Shown here piece by piece: positions 11,493 through 23,062 of a stretch of DNA of 64,000 nucleotides; within the stretch, counting starts at the first letter, position 1; each line of letters starts with the position of its first letter. The stretch is from Octopus bimaculoides (taxonomy: Eukaryota): positions 82,483,527 to 82,547,526 of the forward strand of contig NC_068984.1 of assembly GCF_001194135.2 (NCBI RefSeq). The letters run 5' to 3'. A program made the translations under genes and the position numbers. The notes below the pieces were generated by a model. It ran no database searches, was not told the DNA's origin, and saw only the letters and a program-made list of their open reading frames with translations.

Positions 11493-14400
11493 TGTTTATG
11501 TATGTGTGTGTGTGTGTGTATGTAATATATATATATATATATATACATGCACACACATTAATGCAGCTTGTGAATATTTCACTGTATCCTGAACTGTTAG
11601 GCTATAGGGTTGTGATTGTACAAGTAATCAACCAACAATAATGGAGTTACTTACAGTTATTCAATCTTAGAAATAGCAGGCAAACCTCCTTTATAGTAGA
11701 TCTTGCTCTCTTGAAAAGGAAAAAAACATTGGGTCATGTTGTCTTAGACACACTGTCTCTAATGACTGGGTTGTTATGACTGGAATGGCTTTGATCAAGG
11801 CTTTAAAAAGTTATTAACCAATAATCTAAGTTTCAGGTTTTCCAACAAAATTCCCAACATATAATAGGCACATGCCTCTACAATTCAAATTTCAACCTTT
11901 ATTTAGAGGTTTTTGCCTGAAATTTGGCATTTTTGCTTACCAATTTATTGAATTACTATAGAAACTGATTTAACAATTTTGCTGTTCTAGTCAGTTCTTC
12001 TCATTCTCCTCTTCTCTATCTGTTGTGGCTTTGACATAACTATAACCGTCAGTTGTATTGGCTGCTAACTTAGTGTAAATTAGAACAATCTTCTCCAACT
12101 CTGTCAGTTTATCTGTTGAGCATTTAGTTTGTGTTTAATGCAGAAACACTGCAAAATTGAACACATTTCCAAATGTATTAACAATGTATTGTGTTCATAC
12201 TCTTTGGAAAATCAAATCTAGGTATGTTTAGCCTAATGATTGAGGTAGATGCCTCAAAAGCACCAAAAATTGGGTCCTGAAATGACTGTTTATCACTTTT
12301 GCTTTATATATCTTTCCTTCTCCAAATCTTGCGCTTTCCATTACATTATGGTTTTGATCCACCCATCCTGGCATGCTAAGTTTAGTATTGTGTATTTTAA
12401 AGGTGTCCCTCACTATATGTCTGCAAAAAATAGTTTTGCACCAGAAGCTAGTGTAAGTAAATATTTCCTGTTCTATCGTGAGGACCCTTTTATAGGATCT
12501 AGATTGCTCTCCAGAAAGGCATGCCTGTTACTTCATCCCACATCCTTTGCCTTAAATATGACGCTTTGTGCTAGTAAAAGAAATAATTATGGGTGGTACA
12601 AAGTCAAAAGGTGAGTCACTTCCATTTTAGCTTGTAATGTTTATTAAGCCATGACATCACATCTAAATGCTACCTTTAAAAATCTTATATTCTTTGGATT
12701 ATAACTAATTTTTTGAGGGGATGGGGAGTAGGGTTTCCTTTTGTTTTAATTCCTGTTCCCGAATTCCATTTACCTTATTTCTCTCTCCCCTTTTAATTTT
12801 TGTATTTTTATCATTTTCATGTCTTAAATATATTTAAAAATAAACTCTGTTTTAGTTTTTCTGTATTTCACAAAATTATAAAAATTTCTATTTTTATTTG
12901 ATTTTATGTTCACTAATGAATTTTTTTTAAAATTTCATACTAATTATTTAATATTCCATTCACCAATCCCATCTAGTTTGGTATTGGAGATTTGGGGGAC
13001 AGGGAAATATTGTAGTAGCTTATCTTTATACCGCAACAAGTCTCATGTATGTTGTTTGCCAGTGAAACCACTTGGTTGGAGCTTCCTTCTTTTACACACT
13101 CAATAGGGGAGAAAACATACTTAGTAAAGTATTCGTGTAACATGGTTCTTTTCTACTCCACTGTTAAACCTGAGGAGGAAATCATTAGAGAGGCAGGTAT
13201 TAAACTTAGATAAAGGACTAAAGTGGAGGTGCATGGCCTAGAGGTTAGGGTATTGGATGCATGCTCATAAGATTGTGGTTTCAATACCTTGACTAGGCAA
13301 TGTATTGTGTTCTTGAGCAAAACACTTTATTTCGCGATGCTCCAGTGCACTCAACTAGTATGAGTAATCTTGTGACAGACTGGCATGCCGTCCAGATAGG
13401 GAATATATACACCATGGAAACTAGGAAGCTAGCCCTGTGAGTCTATCTGACTTGAGAAGGATCTTTATCCTTTATTGTTTGTTAAAGGATTAAAACTCAA
13501 TACTATATAAGATGTAGTTTAACCCTAGCTCAGCCTGATCTTTGAAATATGCTTCAGCCATGACCATCCCGTCTTTTTCCAGACTGTATACCCAAGTTTG
13601 ATTCTTCCTGTTTTGTTTTTTTTAAGATGGTAGGGTGTAGCTTAAGGGATACTTGGCAGCTTTTTCTAACAGATCTAGTAACTGCATAAAAGTTTCTTTT
13701 TGGCTCATGTAAGAGGTGTTTATCACTGTTTGGAATATATTCATTTGTATATGGAGTTAGCTTCTCTGTCCACTTCCATTTTCACTCTTACCTCTTAGCT
13801 TCTCCCACAAACATTTATGTAGATAAGCTTAGTTGGGAAGGGGTGAAGTAATAACTGTTTAAATGTCTTTTAATTCTCTAAGCCAAACTAGATTGGAGTT
13901 CTTAAGCTCCAAGTCAAACAGTCCTATATGTTCAAAGATGTTCCATTCGGGACTATCATTTTGTTTTTTTCTTTAGATACCATACTTGGGACAGTTATTC
14001 AGTGTATTCTTTGCTTATTTTAAGACAATGGGGTGTAGTTTGAGGGTGATTTGGTTGGCATATTTAGTTTATTAGCAACCATGTAGAAGTTCCTGTGAGA
14101 AGATTAGACTAGAGTGATTTTATAAACCTTTAGGTTTATAGAATATGTAAATAGGACGACCTTGAATAAAATTTGAATAAATATAAGGTGCATATTTTGT
14201 AACACATTTGAGATTGCTGCTATTTTATGTATTCCAGACATTATTGCATTTTGCTGTTGCTGCTATGTAATCACTGTGCTACTTTTTTTTTTCTGTACTT
14301 TTAGAAATCTTATTTATTATTAATGCTAAAGCAACTGTTACTAACCTATTTTCATTTGATTTAAAAATGCTTTCATTATGATTGGTGCCATTGTAAATCC

Positions 14401-14880
14401 ACTGCTAACATTTGCTGTTGTAAACTGCATTCCTACAGTCACTCATCCACACCAAGTTATTTTGCCAAGTTTTTGACAAAGTCAAATCACAGTGGCATGG
14501 ACAGCATATTTTAGTCATTTTCTAATAGGCTCATATTAACTGCTTTGAGCCAAGGATCTTGTATGTAAAAGCTTCAAAGCAACTGGTAAGCAGAGGTAAT
14601 TTCTTAATACAAATTTAACAAGGCTGGCTTTCAAATATCTTCTATATTTTCTAACCAAACGATTTTTGCAGTTTTAATTTTAAAATGCTTTGACATTTTG
14701 TGTAATGTCTATTCATTTATTTGAACTTGTTACTTTCCATTTCTTGTTTCTGTTTGTCTTGGTAAACTGAAACTAACAATGGAAAGAAGCTTCATCTTCA
14801 AATGAATGAATAAGTGTATGTATAATATATGTCCTTCCAGTGTGTACATAAATTTTTTTTTATGCTTTTGTTTTTAACAG

Positions 14881-15047
14881 AACCTATCCTCAGAGAGTAT
14901 ACTGGAAGTGCATTGCCTTGTAGCGATCTTCTGGCCAAGAAAGACCAGGCTGTTGCTCAACCTGCTCCATACTTGTTCACACCCCCTGTTCACTCAGGTT
15001 TGACCGGTCATCATATTCTTAATGTTCAATCATTCCACAAGGAACAG
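14881..15047 (+). CDS. CAD: CAD exon: end of interdomain linker and start of ATCase domain (EPILREYTG...HSGLTGHHILNVQSFHKEQ)
   Basis: ttttaacAG acceptor and GTaact donor. C-terminal half matches the CAD ATCase start (human LHSLVGQHILSVQQFTKDQ). Ends in phase 0. Confidence 0.9.
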
Positions 15048-16176
15048 GTAACTTCTAATTGTTATATAAAATGTTTATAACCTATTGTGACACCATCTTC
15101 CTTCACTCTCTGTCTTACTGCCTCATTTTTCTGACATTTAAGCTTTCAATTTAACACATTAATTTTCTAGAGAAACAACCCCCTTTGAAACTTGGGGTGT
15201 TACACCCCAAGTTAAATGTTGGAAACCAGTATGGAATTTAAAGATGGTTTTTACTCGATTATCCTTCACTTCCAGTTTACATTTTTACAATTACATTCAT
15301 TAGTGTTGGTCGTTAACAAAAATGTTATTTGAATTCTAGCATAACACTAGTTACACTAATAATAATAATAATAATAATAATAGATCGCCACCCTAGCTAT
15401 GTTGATCAATTTATTTCTGGAAAAAATACTCCAATTTTTCTGTTTTATGGTTGGGGAAGTTTAATGTTAAGAAGGACATCTGCACAATTGTCAGCTCAAC
15501 CTATACTGTTAATTACAAATTCAACTTAAGGTGTGTAGTTTCTAATTCTTAGTAATGTCTATAAAATAGATTCTTATATTCACACAAGTGTGTCATCAGT
15601 ATTTGAATTAATCCTATGTGCTGGATGTGTTTTATTGTTTTGGGAGATTTTAAAAGTAAAATCAACCTCAGAATATAGAGACATGTATCCGGATACACAA
15701 AAGCCCTTATCTAACAACCCAGTGTGTCTACCATTGACTATTTTTTTCATATATATACTATCATTAAACAAATTTTTAACATTAGTATGATATTGTAAAC
15801 ATTTGGAGAATGTCGTCAATTTAATTGAACCTGGCATTTGACCAGTACATATTTAATCAGTTGTGGAAGATTGAAATATAAAATCATTCAAACAAAGTTC
15901 CTTAGGATTTGGACCCACTATACATAGGGACATACCAAAGCATATTTTAAATGTGTTCTTAAACAATTTCTGCAATTAGCTGTATAACATATATTGAGAT
16001 TACAATTTTGGTGCTTTAAAGTTGTAATATTCCTTCCATCAGTGCCTAGCAGCATTGCTTTCCTGCGAGCTATGTACAAATGTTTAGCAGAACCTATTTC
16101 AGTTTGTCACTTTTAATCTTTTCCTTGCTTGTATAACATTTTCAAGACTGTAAGCTTTTATTTTGTCTAATTTCAG

Positions 16177-16254
16177 TTGCATCAACTGTTTAATCAGGCT
16201 CATAATTACCGGATGTCTGTACAGAGAGATAGGGCCCTTGATCATATACTTAAG
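16177..16254 (+). CDS. CAD: CAD ATCase exon (LHQLFNQAHNYRMSVQRDRALDHILK); not in the supplied ORF frame
   Basis: tttcAG acceptor and GTatgt donor, 78 nt phase 0/0. Matches human [25 protein letters not shown] and bridges the flanking exons exactly. Confidence 0.93.
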
Positions 16255-16494
16255 GTATGTAAACTTTTGTTGTTCAGTCCTGGGTCTCTCATGGTACATT
16301 AGACCTTGTAATCCAAGGCTATCCAATCAAGACCAACTCTTTTTTTTCCAGGTATAGTGTGATTAGAAATTATCTAACCTGCTTAAGTTATCCAGATTTA
16401 AATGATAAAATGGCTTCTTTTCTTTAGCTCTTATTCTCCTTTTCTCTTGTGTGTATATATTTACTTATGTTAATTGATTCCTTTTAACCCACAG

Positions 16495-16833
16495 GGTAAG
16501 GTGATGGCTTCCATGTTCTATGAAGTCAGCACTCGGACCAGCTGTTCCTTTGGTGCCGCCATGCAAAGACTTGGTGGGTCAGTGATCACATTCAATGAAG
16601 CTACTTCCTCAGTACAGAAGGGTGAAACTCTTGAAGACACAGTGCAGACCATGTCTGGTTATGCTGATGTTATTGTGTTACGACATCCCAAGCCTGGTGC
16701 AGTTATGAAAGCTGCTCAGCATTGTCGCAAACCTGTGATCAATGCAGGAGATGGCACTGGAGAACATCCTACTCAAGCACTACTCGATGTTTTTACCATC
16801 CGAGAAGAAATTGGTACTGTCAATGGCCTTACT
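16495..16833 (+). CDS. CAD: CAD ATCase exon ([19 protein letters not shown]...[28 protein letters not shown])
   Basis: cacAG acceptor and GTaagt donor, 339 nt. Contains the carbamoyl-phosphate-binding motifs STRT and HPTQ of aspartate transcarbamoylase. Confidence 0.97.
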
Positions 16834-18091
16834 GTAAGTATACTTTATGTTGCAAATACAATAATCCTGCTTTCTTTGTTGAAATGGTCAGATATTTTGG
16901 AAAGTTTCGTGAATATCCTGAAGATTAATCTGACTTGTTTCTGGCATTGTACAAAAAAAAAATCATTATTGCCATGACATAACAATCGAATAGTGTTGTT
17001 TAATCCCAGATCAACCTTGATTGAGCAAACCTATGATCGAAGGCATTCCTTATTGGCTTGCCAGTTGAATAGTAGAAATCTGTGTGCAGTAATAAATGTA
17101 TTGCTACATTGTATTAAATTCTGATGTGGGTGATGAAATATATAAGAAGTACCATTAACATACTATGGTTGATTCAGTTGGACTAACTTTTCATCACAGC
17201 AAAAATTGTGGGCTGTACTAATGTGAAAAGTTATTAGAATTGTGAGTAGGATTGGAGGTGAATGAAACAAGAGTCCTAGTTAACCCATTTTGTAATGGGG
17301 AGATAAAGAGAGATTGTGGTTAATTACTACTTTTTGAGTACTGTGTGCCTATGATCTGAATTCAAAATAAGTACTAATAATGTACTAGATGGTTGATTCA
17401 ACAGTTCTCTTGTTGTTTTCTTGCATAAACAAAGCGCAATGCCTCAGATTTAGGGCTTAACTAAATACCACAAGGCATTTTGTCTGCCAGTCCATCACCT
17501 TCCTGGAATAAGCAATTATTTTAACTTTTTCATTACTAACTCGACTGTAGCCAGCTGAGAAATTTTCTGGCATATGTTACCAACCCAGCCAAGATAACTT
17601 TGTCATATTTAAATGAGAATTTTAGTGCAAATCTTGTTAGTACATTCATGAACACGTGATTTTATTATGTAAGCAATTTTGGTGCACTGTATATATCTGA
17701 GTGCTGCAAATTTTTGGAGAAATTTTTTTCCACTTCAATTTTCTAAAATGTTTCACTATGGCTGAAAATTTAAAATAAAATTAGCTGTTTTATGAAACCA
17801 ATCTAAATGCACAATTATTTTAGAATTTAATTGAAACACATAAGAGATGTATTTTGGTTAGAAATGTATTGATAAATAGTAGTTAGTTATTGCTAGTTTG
17901 CTGTAGTTGGTTGTAGGGGAAAAGTCTTCAGAGATAAAGAACCTTTTGTCCTTTAGTCACCCAACCAATATCCTGGCATTACTTTCTGAACTTCTTGATA
18001 CTGTTCATGTTGCCACACTTGCAACTTAACTTCAGTGAAATTACCTGATAAGTATCTGTTCATACTTCATGACTGACTGAATATCAAAAGT

Positions 18092-18094
<3 letters not shown>

Positions 18095-18152
<58 letters not shown>

Positions 18153-18179
18153 AGCTTGAAACCTGCTCATATATGATGC
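18095..18179 (-). mobile_element. Very short retroposed insert: 30-nt body plus A55 tail, 10-bp target-site duplication
   Basis: caaaagttga (18085-18094), T55, gctagcttgaaacctgctcatatatgatgc, caaaagttga (18180-18189). Confidence 0.65.
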
Positions 18180-18256
18180 CAAAAGTTGAATCGTACTATG
18201 TTTCAGTAATCCATGAATGAATGGTTTTTTTTTTTTTTTTTTCCCCTCCATTTCAG

Positions 18257-18412
18257 ATTACCATGGTAGGTGATTTACGAAATGGCCGTACTGTCCACTC
18301 ATTAGCTCGAATTTTGACCCTCTACCGTGTCAATCTCTGTTATATTTCCCCACCAACTCTTGAAATGCCAACCGATGTACAAGAATATGTTAGATCCAAA
18401 GGAATCACTCAG
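18257..18412 (+). CDS. CAD: CAD ATCase exon ([25 protein letters not shown]...KGITQ)
   Basis: tttcAG acceptor and GTatac donor, 156 nt. Carries the GDLxxGRTVHSL ATCase motif. Confidence 0.96.
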
Positions 18413-18941
18413 GTATACTTTTTTTTCTTTTTATCATGCCCCATAAAAGTATACTTCTAGGAAAATTTCAAAAAATATGGTTGTGAATGACTGTGCTATA
18501 GTGGCTTTTTATATATATCAAATTTCAAGCAATTAAGCACAAAAAAGTAGATGCCTTTTTTTTATTGAAAGTAAAAATTCTATAAAAGAAATAAACTATA
18601 GAAATACTATGAAAAAGAAAATCACTGTCATCAAAAGTACATGAATATTAAAACTAGATCATAACAAATAACCATTTTAAAAGAAACAAACTCGATAAGG
18701 TTCATAGCTCTTCCTTTCCCAAATTGAAGCATTGTTTGAATAAAAATTTGTAAATGAATGTGCCATGAAAGATTGCATAAAATTATGTTGTATAATTTTG
18801 AAAAGTTTATCAAAGAAATATCTGTAGTAAAAGTCAGGAGCATCCCAACGATGTAAAGAAAAGCAAACGATACAAAACAATTTTTCTTTATTTGTTTAAG
18901 CTTCATATCTGATGTAATTTGCATGTGTTCTCTCATTGCAG

Positions 18942-19043
18942 ACAGCCTTCAATTCTTTAACTGATATAATTGCCGATACAGATGTTCTCTACATTACCCG
19001 AATACAGAAGGAACGTTTCAGTAGCCTTGTAGATTATGAAAAG
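18942..19043 (+). CDS. CAD: CAD ATCase exon ([34 protein letters not shown])
   Basis: ttgcAG acceptor and GTatgt donor, 102 nt. Carries the [13 protein letters not shown] motif. Confidence 0.95.
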
Positions 19044-20070
19044 GTATGTCATTTTCAATTTTCTTTTTAAGTCTCAAGTCTGCTTACATTTAGACTTAGT
19101 ATATTTAGGACATTATCTAATGTATATTTTTTTAGTGTAGCTTGGAGGGTAATTTAGCTGCTGTTTTTAACAAATGAAATGATCGTTTTTGGAGTTTTTG
19201 TCTTTGTGCTATACAGAAGTTAACTAGATTTTCAGAGTTTAGTCTTATCCTCCTGCATTTCATCCATATTTTGTTAGTGAGTAAGTTGACTTTAAAAACC
19301 TTGTATGGGTGCAATGGATATTACATAAGGACAAAAACTCTATTAATTTTGTCCCTTCTCCTTCTTCCTAGAAGAATTACCTTAGGCTTGTGATGTTCTG
19401 ATTTCAGATCCATCTTAGGTTGACTGTCTTTCATTATTTTCCTGAAACTGGTGATTCTGTGCCTTTCGACAGAATCATTTGCTCATCAGACAAACCCGTG
19501 AGATATTTCTTAGGTTCTGAGTTCAAATCCCACCAAGATCAAATTTGTCTTTCATCCTTCCAGGATCAATAAAATAAAGTATTAGTCCTTCTTTTCATAT
19601 GCCATATTTATAGGTATTACCAATCACGGATCCCCTCCCCTACCTAAGCCTGAAGATTAGTATTTTTCTTGGGAAAGCTAGAGCAGTGTTTTCCAGTTAC
19701 CCTTTACCAGTTTATGTACAGTTTATTCTGCAAGTCTTCTGTTTGCCTAAGCTTACTCTTGAGATACATGGCCTATTTAATCTTTAGGCAGTGGTAACTA
19801 AGGGATAACTCTGAATTCCTGTTGTGGATCTGCATCACTAGATGCAGTTTAATCTCTTACCCAGCACAATCAAGTCAAGGGTTTGATATAGTCAACTATT
19901 ACATTCCCCAAAATTTCTAGTTTTATACCTTTATCTGAAATTGTAACAACTGGGAAGATATTGTGCTAGAGAAAACCTCTCCAATCCCTACAAGCTTGGA
20001 AAAAACATTAAAAATGGTGTTGCTGTTGCAAATGGTAAAATACCAGAGTAAAAATGTTTTTCAAAATATA

Positions 20071-20212
20071 CCGTATTTTAACATGTATAAGGAACCCTTT
20101 TTTAGGTTAAAAAAATATGGGAGTTTCTTATACATGGATAGTATTACAAAAACTTTTTTCCAAATATTAAGCCCCCAAAATTAGGGGGTTCTTTATACAC
20201 GTTAAAATATGG
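20071..20212. mobile_element. pogo/Tigger-type MITE, 142 bp
   Basis: TA|ccgtatttaacatgtataaggaaccc ... gggttctttatacacgttaaaatatgg|TA: ~26-bp imperfect TIRs with TA duplication. Confidence 0.75.
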
Positions 20213-20769
20213 TAGCTCTGAGTTGAAATTCTGACATGTTTGATCTAGTATGTTGTGTTTTGAGAGTGATATAAATTGGCTTGTCATATATTACAGTTTT
20301 AATTGACTAATGCATTCTAATGATACAATATGTACCTTTTAATTGATTTGCAGCAGCTGTAGACTCAGGCACACTTAACCCCAAATAGTGTGATGGATAC
20401 AGTTTATATTTAATTTAGAATTTCTGGGTGCTTAGACTAGTTATTCTTAAACTTTTTCCACTGGCTACGGCAAAACTTTTAAAATGAAGTTTAAAGTGGG
20501 TGGGTGTGAGTATTTTGGGTGTATTGAGTATTTTGGGTGAGCTTGGTATTCAGTTCAGAGGAGCAGGAACTTAAATAATAGTAAAGATAACTAAACTAGA
20601 AAGTGGATACTGTGTATAAGTAAATTAGTGATTAGATGTTGAGTGAATGTTAACTAATCTTTTTAAAAATCTAATCTAAAATGTTTGCATGTGTGCAGTA
20701 GTTGCTGCATTCAAGATATAGAAACAAAATGTTTTCCATGATTGAATTTTTCCTATTTTTCCTTTGTAG

Positions 20770-20864
20770 GCATGTGGACAGATTATTTTGACTCCAGAAC
20801 TAATGACTAAAGCTAAAAAGAAGATGGTGGTTATGCATCCCTTACCCAGAGTTAATGAAATCAG
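20770..20864 (+). CDS. CAD: CAD ATCase exon ([32 protein letters not shown])
   Basis: ttgtAG acceptor and GTtagc donor, 95 nt ending in phase 2. Carries the [10 protein letters not shown] motif. Confidence 0.95.
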
Positions 20865-21820
20865 GTTAGCATCTGTTTTGTTTCTTTCCTTTTCTATATA
20901 GTCCAGTTGCAGTTGGCCATGTGGTTAAAAGTTTGCTTCATTATTACATGGTTTCATGTCCAGTCCCAGTGTGCAGCATCTTGGGCAACTTACAACTTAG
21001 TTTTTACTGTGAGTGAATCTGTGCAGACGAATTGTGTAGTAGCTTGTTGGATGAACTGTAACTGTTCATACCCTATCCCATTTTCTGAAATAAGCTATGC
21101 CACACCCCACCTTGAGAAACACTACTTTAGATATCTTCAGAAGAAATAAAAGCTTTCATTGACTTGCTGAACTCCAATATTACTGTACGTTTAGTTTAAA
21201 GAGGAACTCACCTAAAGTCAATAAGACTAATTACCCTTTGAGGGATACATGGTTCTAGCAAAATTGCAGACTGAGAGATTAATTTTGGTTGAGTATGTTT
21301 TTTTAGAGGGCCAAAATATACTGCTAGCAATTTTTAAATTACAAAATTCCTGTCAGAGAGCTTTATGGTGTTGGAGTTTTATAAGACTTGCATTTTCTGA
21401 GTTAATGATAATTTAGCTAGCTGTATTATTAGATTTAGTAAAGCTGCTGATCTTGCCATGGGTATGGACTAATTGAGAATGTGTATTGGCTTGTGTTGAG
21501 TGTACAGGTGTTGCATTTTGGTTTACTCTTTATACAAAAAGAATTGCCAATAATTATACAAGAACTACTTCTTGTCTGGATCAGATTATAGGGTAAAATA
21601 TTTGAGCTTCAAAAGTTTGATCGCATGTAGTGAGGTAAGGACAGAAGTGAGTAATTAATGTTTATTCTTAGGAAGTACCAAATCCAGTACGGGTGCTTGA
21701 CATTATTGACTAGTCATCCCTCTTTTCAAAACTACCAGCCTTGTGCCTAAGCTAGAAACAATTGATGTTTGTTCTTATATAACATTATTGATTTTTAATG
21801 TCATCATTCTTGCATTTCAG

Positions 21821-21923
21821 TACTGCTCTGGATTCTGACCCGCGTGCTGCATACTTCCGCCAGGCCGAGAATGGTATGTTTGTTCGGATGGCTCTTCTTG
21901 CCATGACACTTGGAAGGGCTTAA
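21821..21923 (+). CDS. CAD: CAD terminal coding exon ([34 protein letters not shown])
   Basis: tttcAG acceptor, phase matches the previous exon. [20 protein letters not shown] is the CAD C-terminus; TAA at 21921-21923. Confidence 0.96.
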
Positions 21924-22287
21924 AACTATTATATATACACACATGCATATATGAATTTATAAATTAGAGCTTACAACAATGAAACAAAGTGACCTAACCT
22001 GATTTATTTACTGTTATACTACCAAATTAACACTTCTATTTCAAAAGATCATGATGATAAAAAAAAATTATGAAAAAATTACATACTGGGATCAGTTGTT
22101 TCTTGTATTTTTTTATTTGTTAACAGGTTGAATGTTCCCACATTTTTGCACATTCATTAAATCATTTTTTTTATTTGTGCCCACTCCCACACACGTTTTA
22201 CTCCTTTACTGATTTGAACCTGTTGGTTGTGGTCATACTATGGTACTGCTATATATGTACATATTTTTAAAGATGCTTGTACAACTA

Positions 22288-22612
22288 CAGGGTGGTCACC
22301 AGAAAAGTGGAAAATTTGTGAAATGCTGATTTATATTTTCACAAGATCTATTTGAGGTAAAAAAAAAAGTTGCAAAGTTGCAACAACAGTATCAAATTGA
22401 TGCCTTGTGATAGTTGAAAAAAAAAGTTCAGTAACATAACTAAACAAGTCAGATTTGATGTGAGGTTCACTCAGAAGCAAATGACATCAATGCTTATGAT
22501 TACGCGCTCATTCGATAACAGAAACCACCTATCATCAAGCAATTTATTGATGACCTAATTAATGCTTGTTAGTTTTGCCTTCAAATTTTCTGCTTTTCTA
22601 ATGACCACCCTG
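22288..22612. mobile_element. Tc1/mariner-type MITE, 325 bp
   Basis: TA|cagggtggtcaccagaaaagtggaaaattt ... aaattttctgcttttctaatgaccaccctg|TA: ~30-bp TIRs with TA duplication. Confidence 0.85.
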
Positions 22613-23041
22613 TATATATGGCTTGCTATGAAATGAATGTAACCAATATGGCACCTATTTAAAAGCTGGGCTGATGAATGACAAAGTATCATAATGTACC
22701 TTGTATCAGTTGGCTTAACCAAAATGCCATTATTGCCTTAGTATGCAGAGAAATAATTTCATTCCAAATGTATCTTACATTGTTATCTATGGTTCAGCAG
22801 ACTTAATGTATGAGAGAAGACTGTTGAAACACTAACATAAAATAGTTATAGCTGACTGCTTGCTTACTAGGGTCAGCAGTTCACATTGCTAAAAACGCAA
22901 GAACATTTTTACCTTGGACAGAGTTCACTCTGTTGCATGCAGTTTTCCTGCCCATCCACCTGTTACCCAGGATAGTTGAGCATCAATCGCATCAATCTAG
23001 AAGACACTGATATGATTATGGAGCTTTGCTTCTCATTCTCT

Positions 23042-23062
23042 AATAAATTTATTTAAAATAAA
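23042..23062 (+). terminator. Candidate CAD polyadenylation signals (two AATAAA); a proximal ATTAAA lies at 22156-22161
   Basis: First canonical AATAAA hexamers I found after the CAD stop (23042-23047, 23057-23062). Usage is not shown by the sequence. Confidence 0.4.

Noticed and set aside
16474-16977. Standalone bacterial-type pyrB ORF
   Set aside because: The ORF ends are intronic. Canonical splice sites link it to six other exons and an upstream linker, consistent with multidomain CAD.
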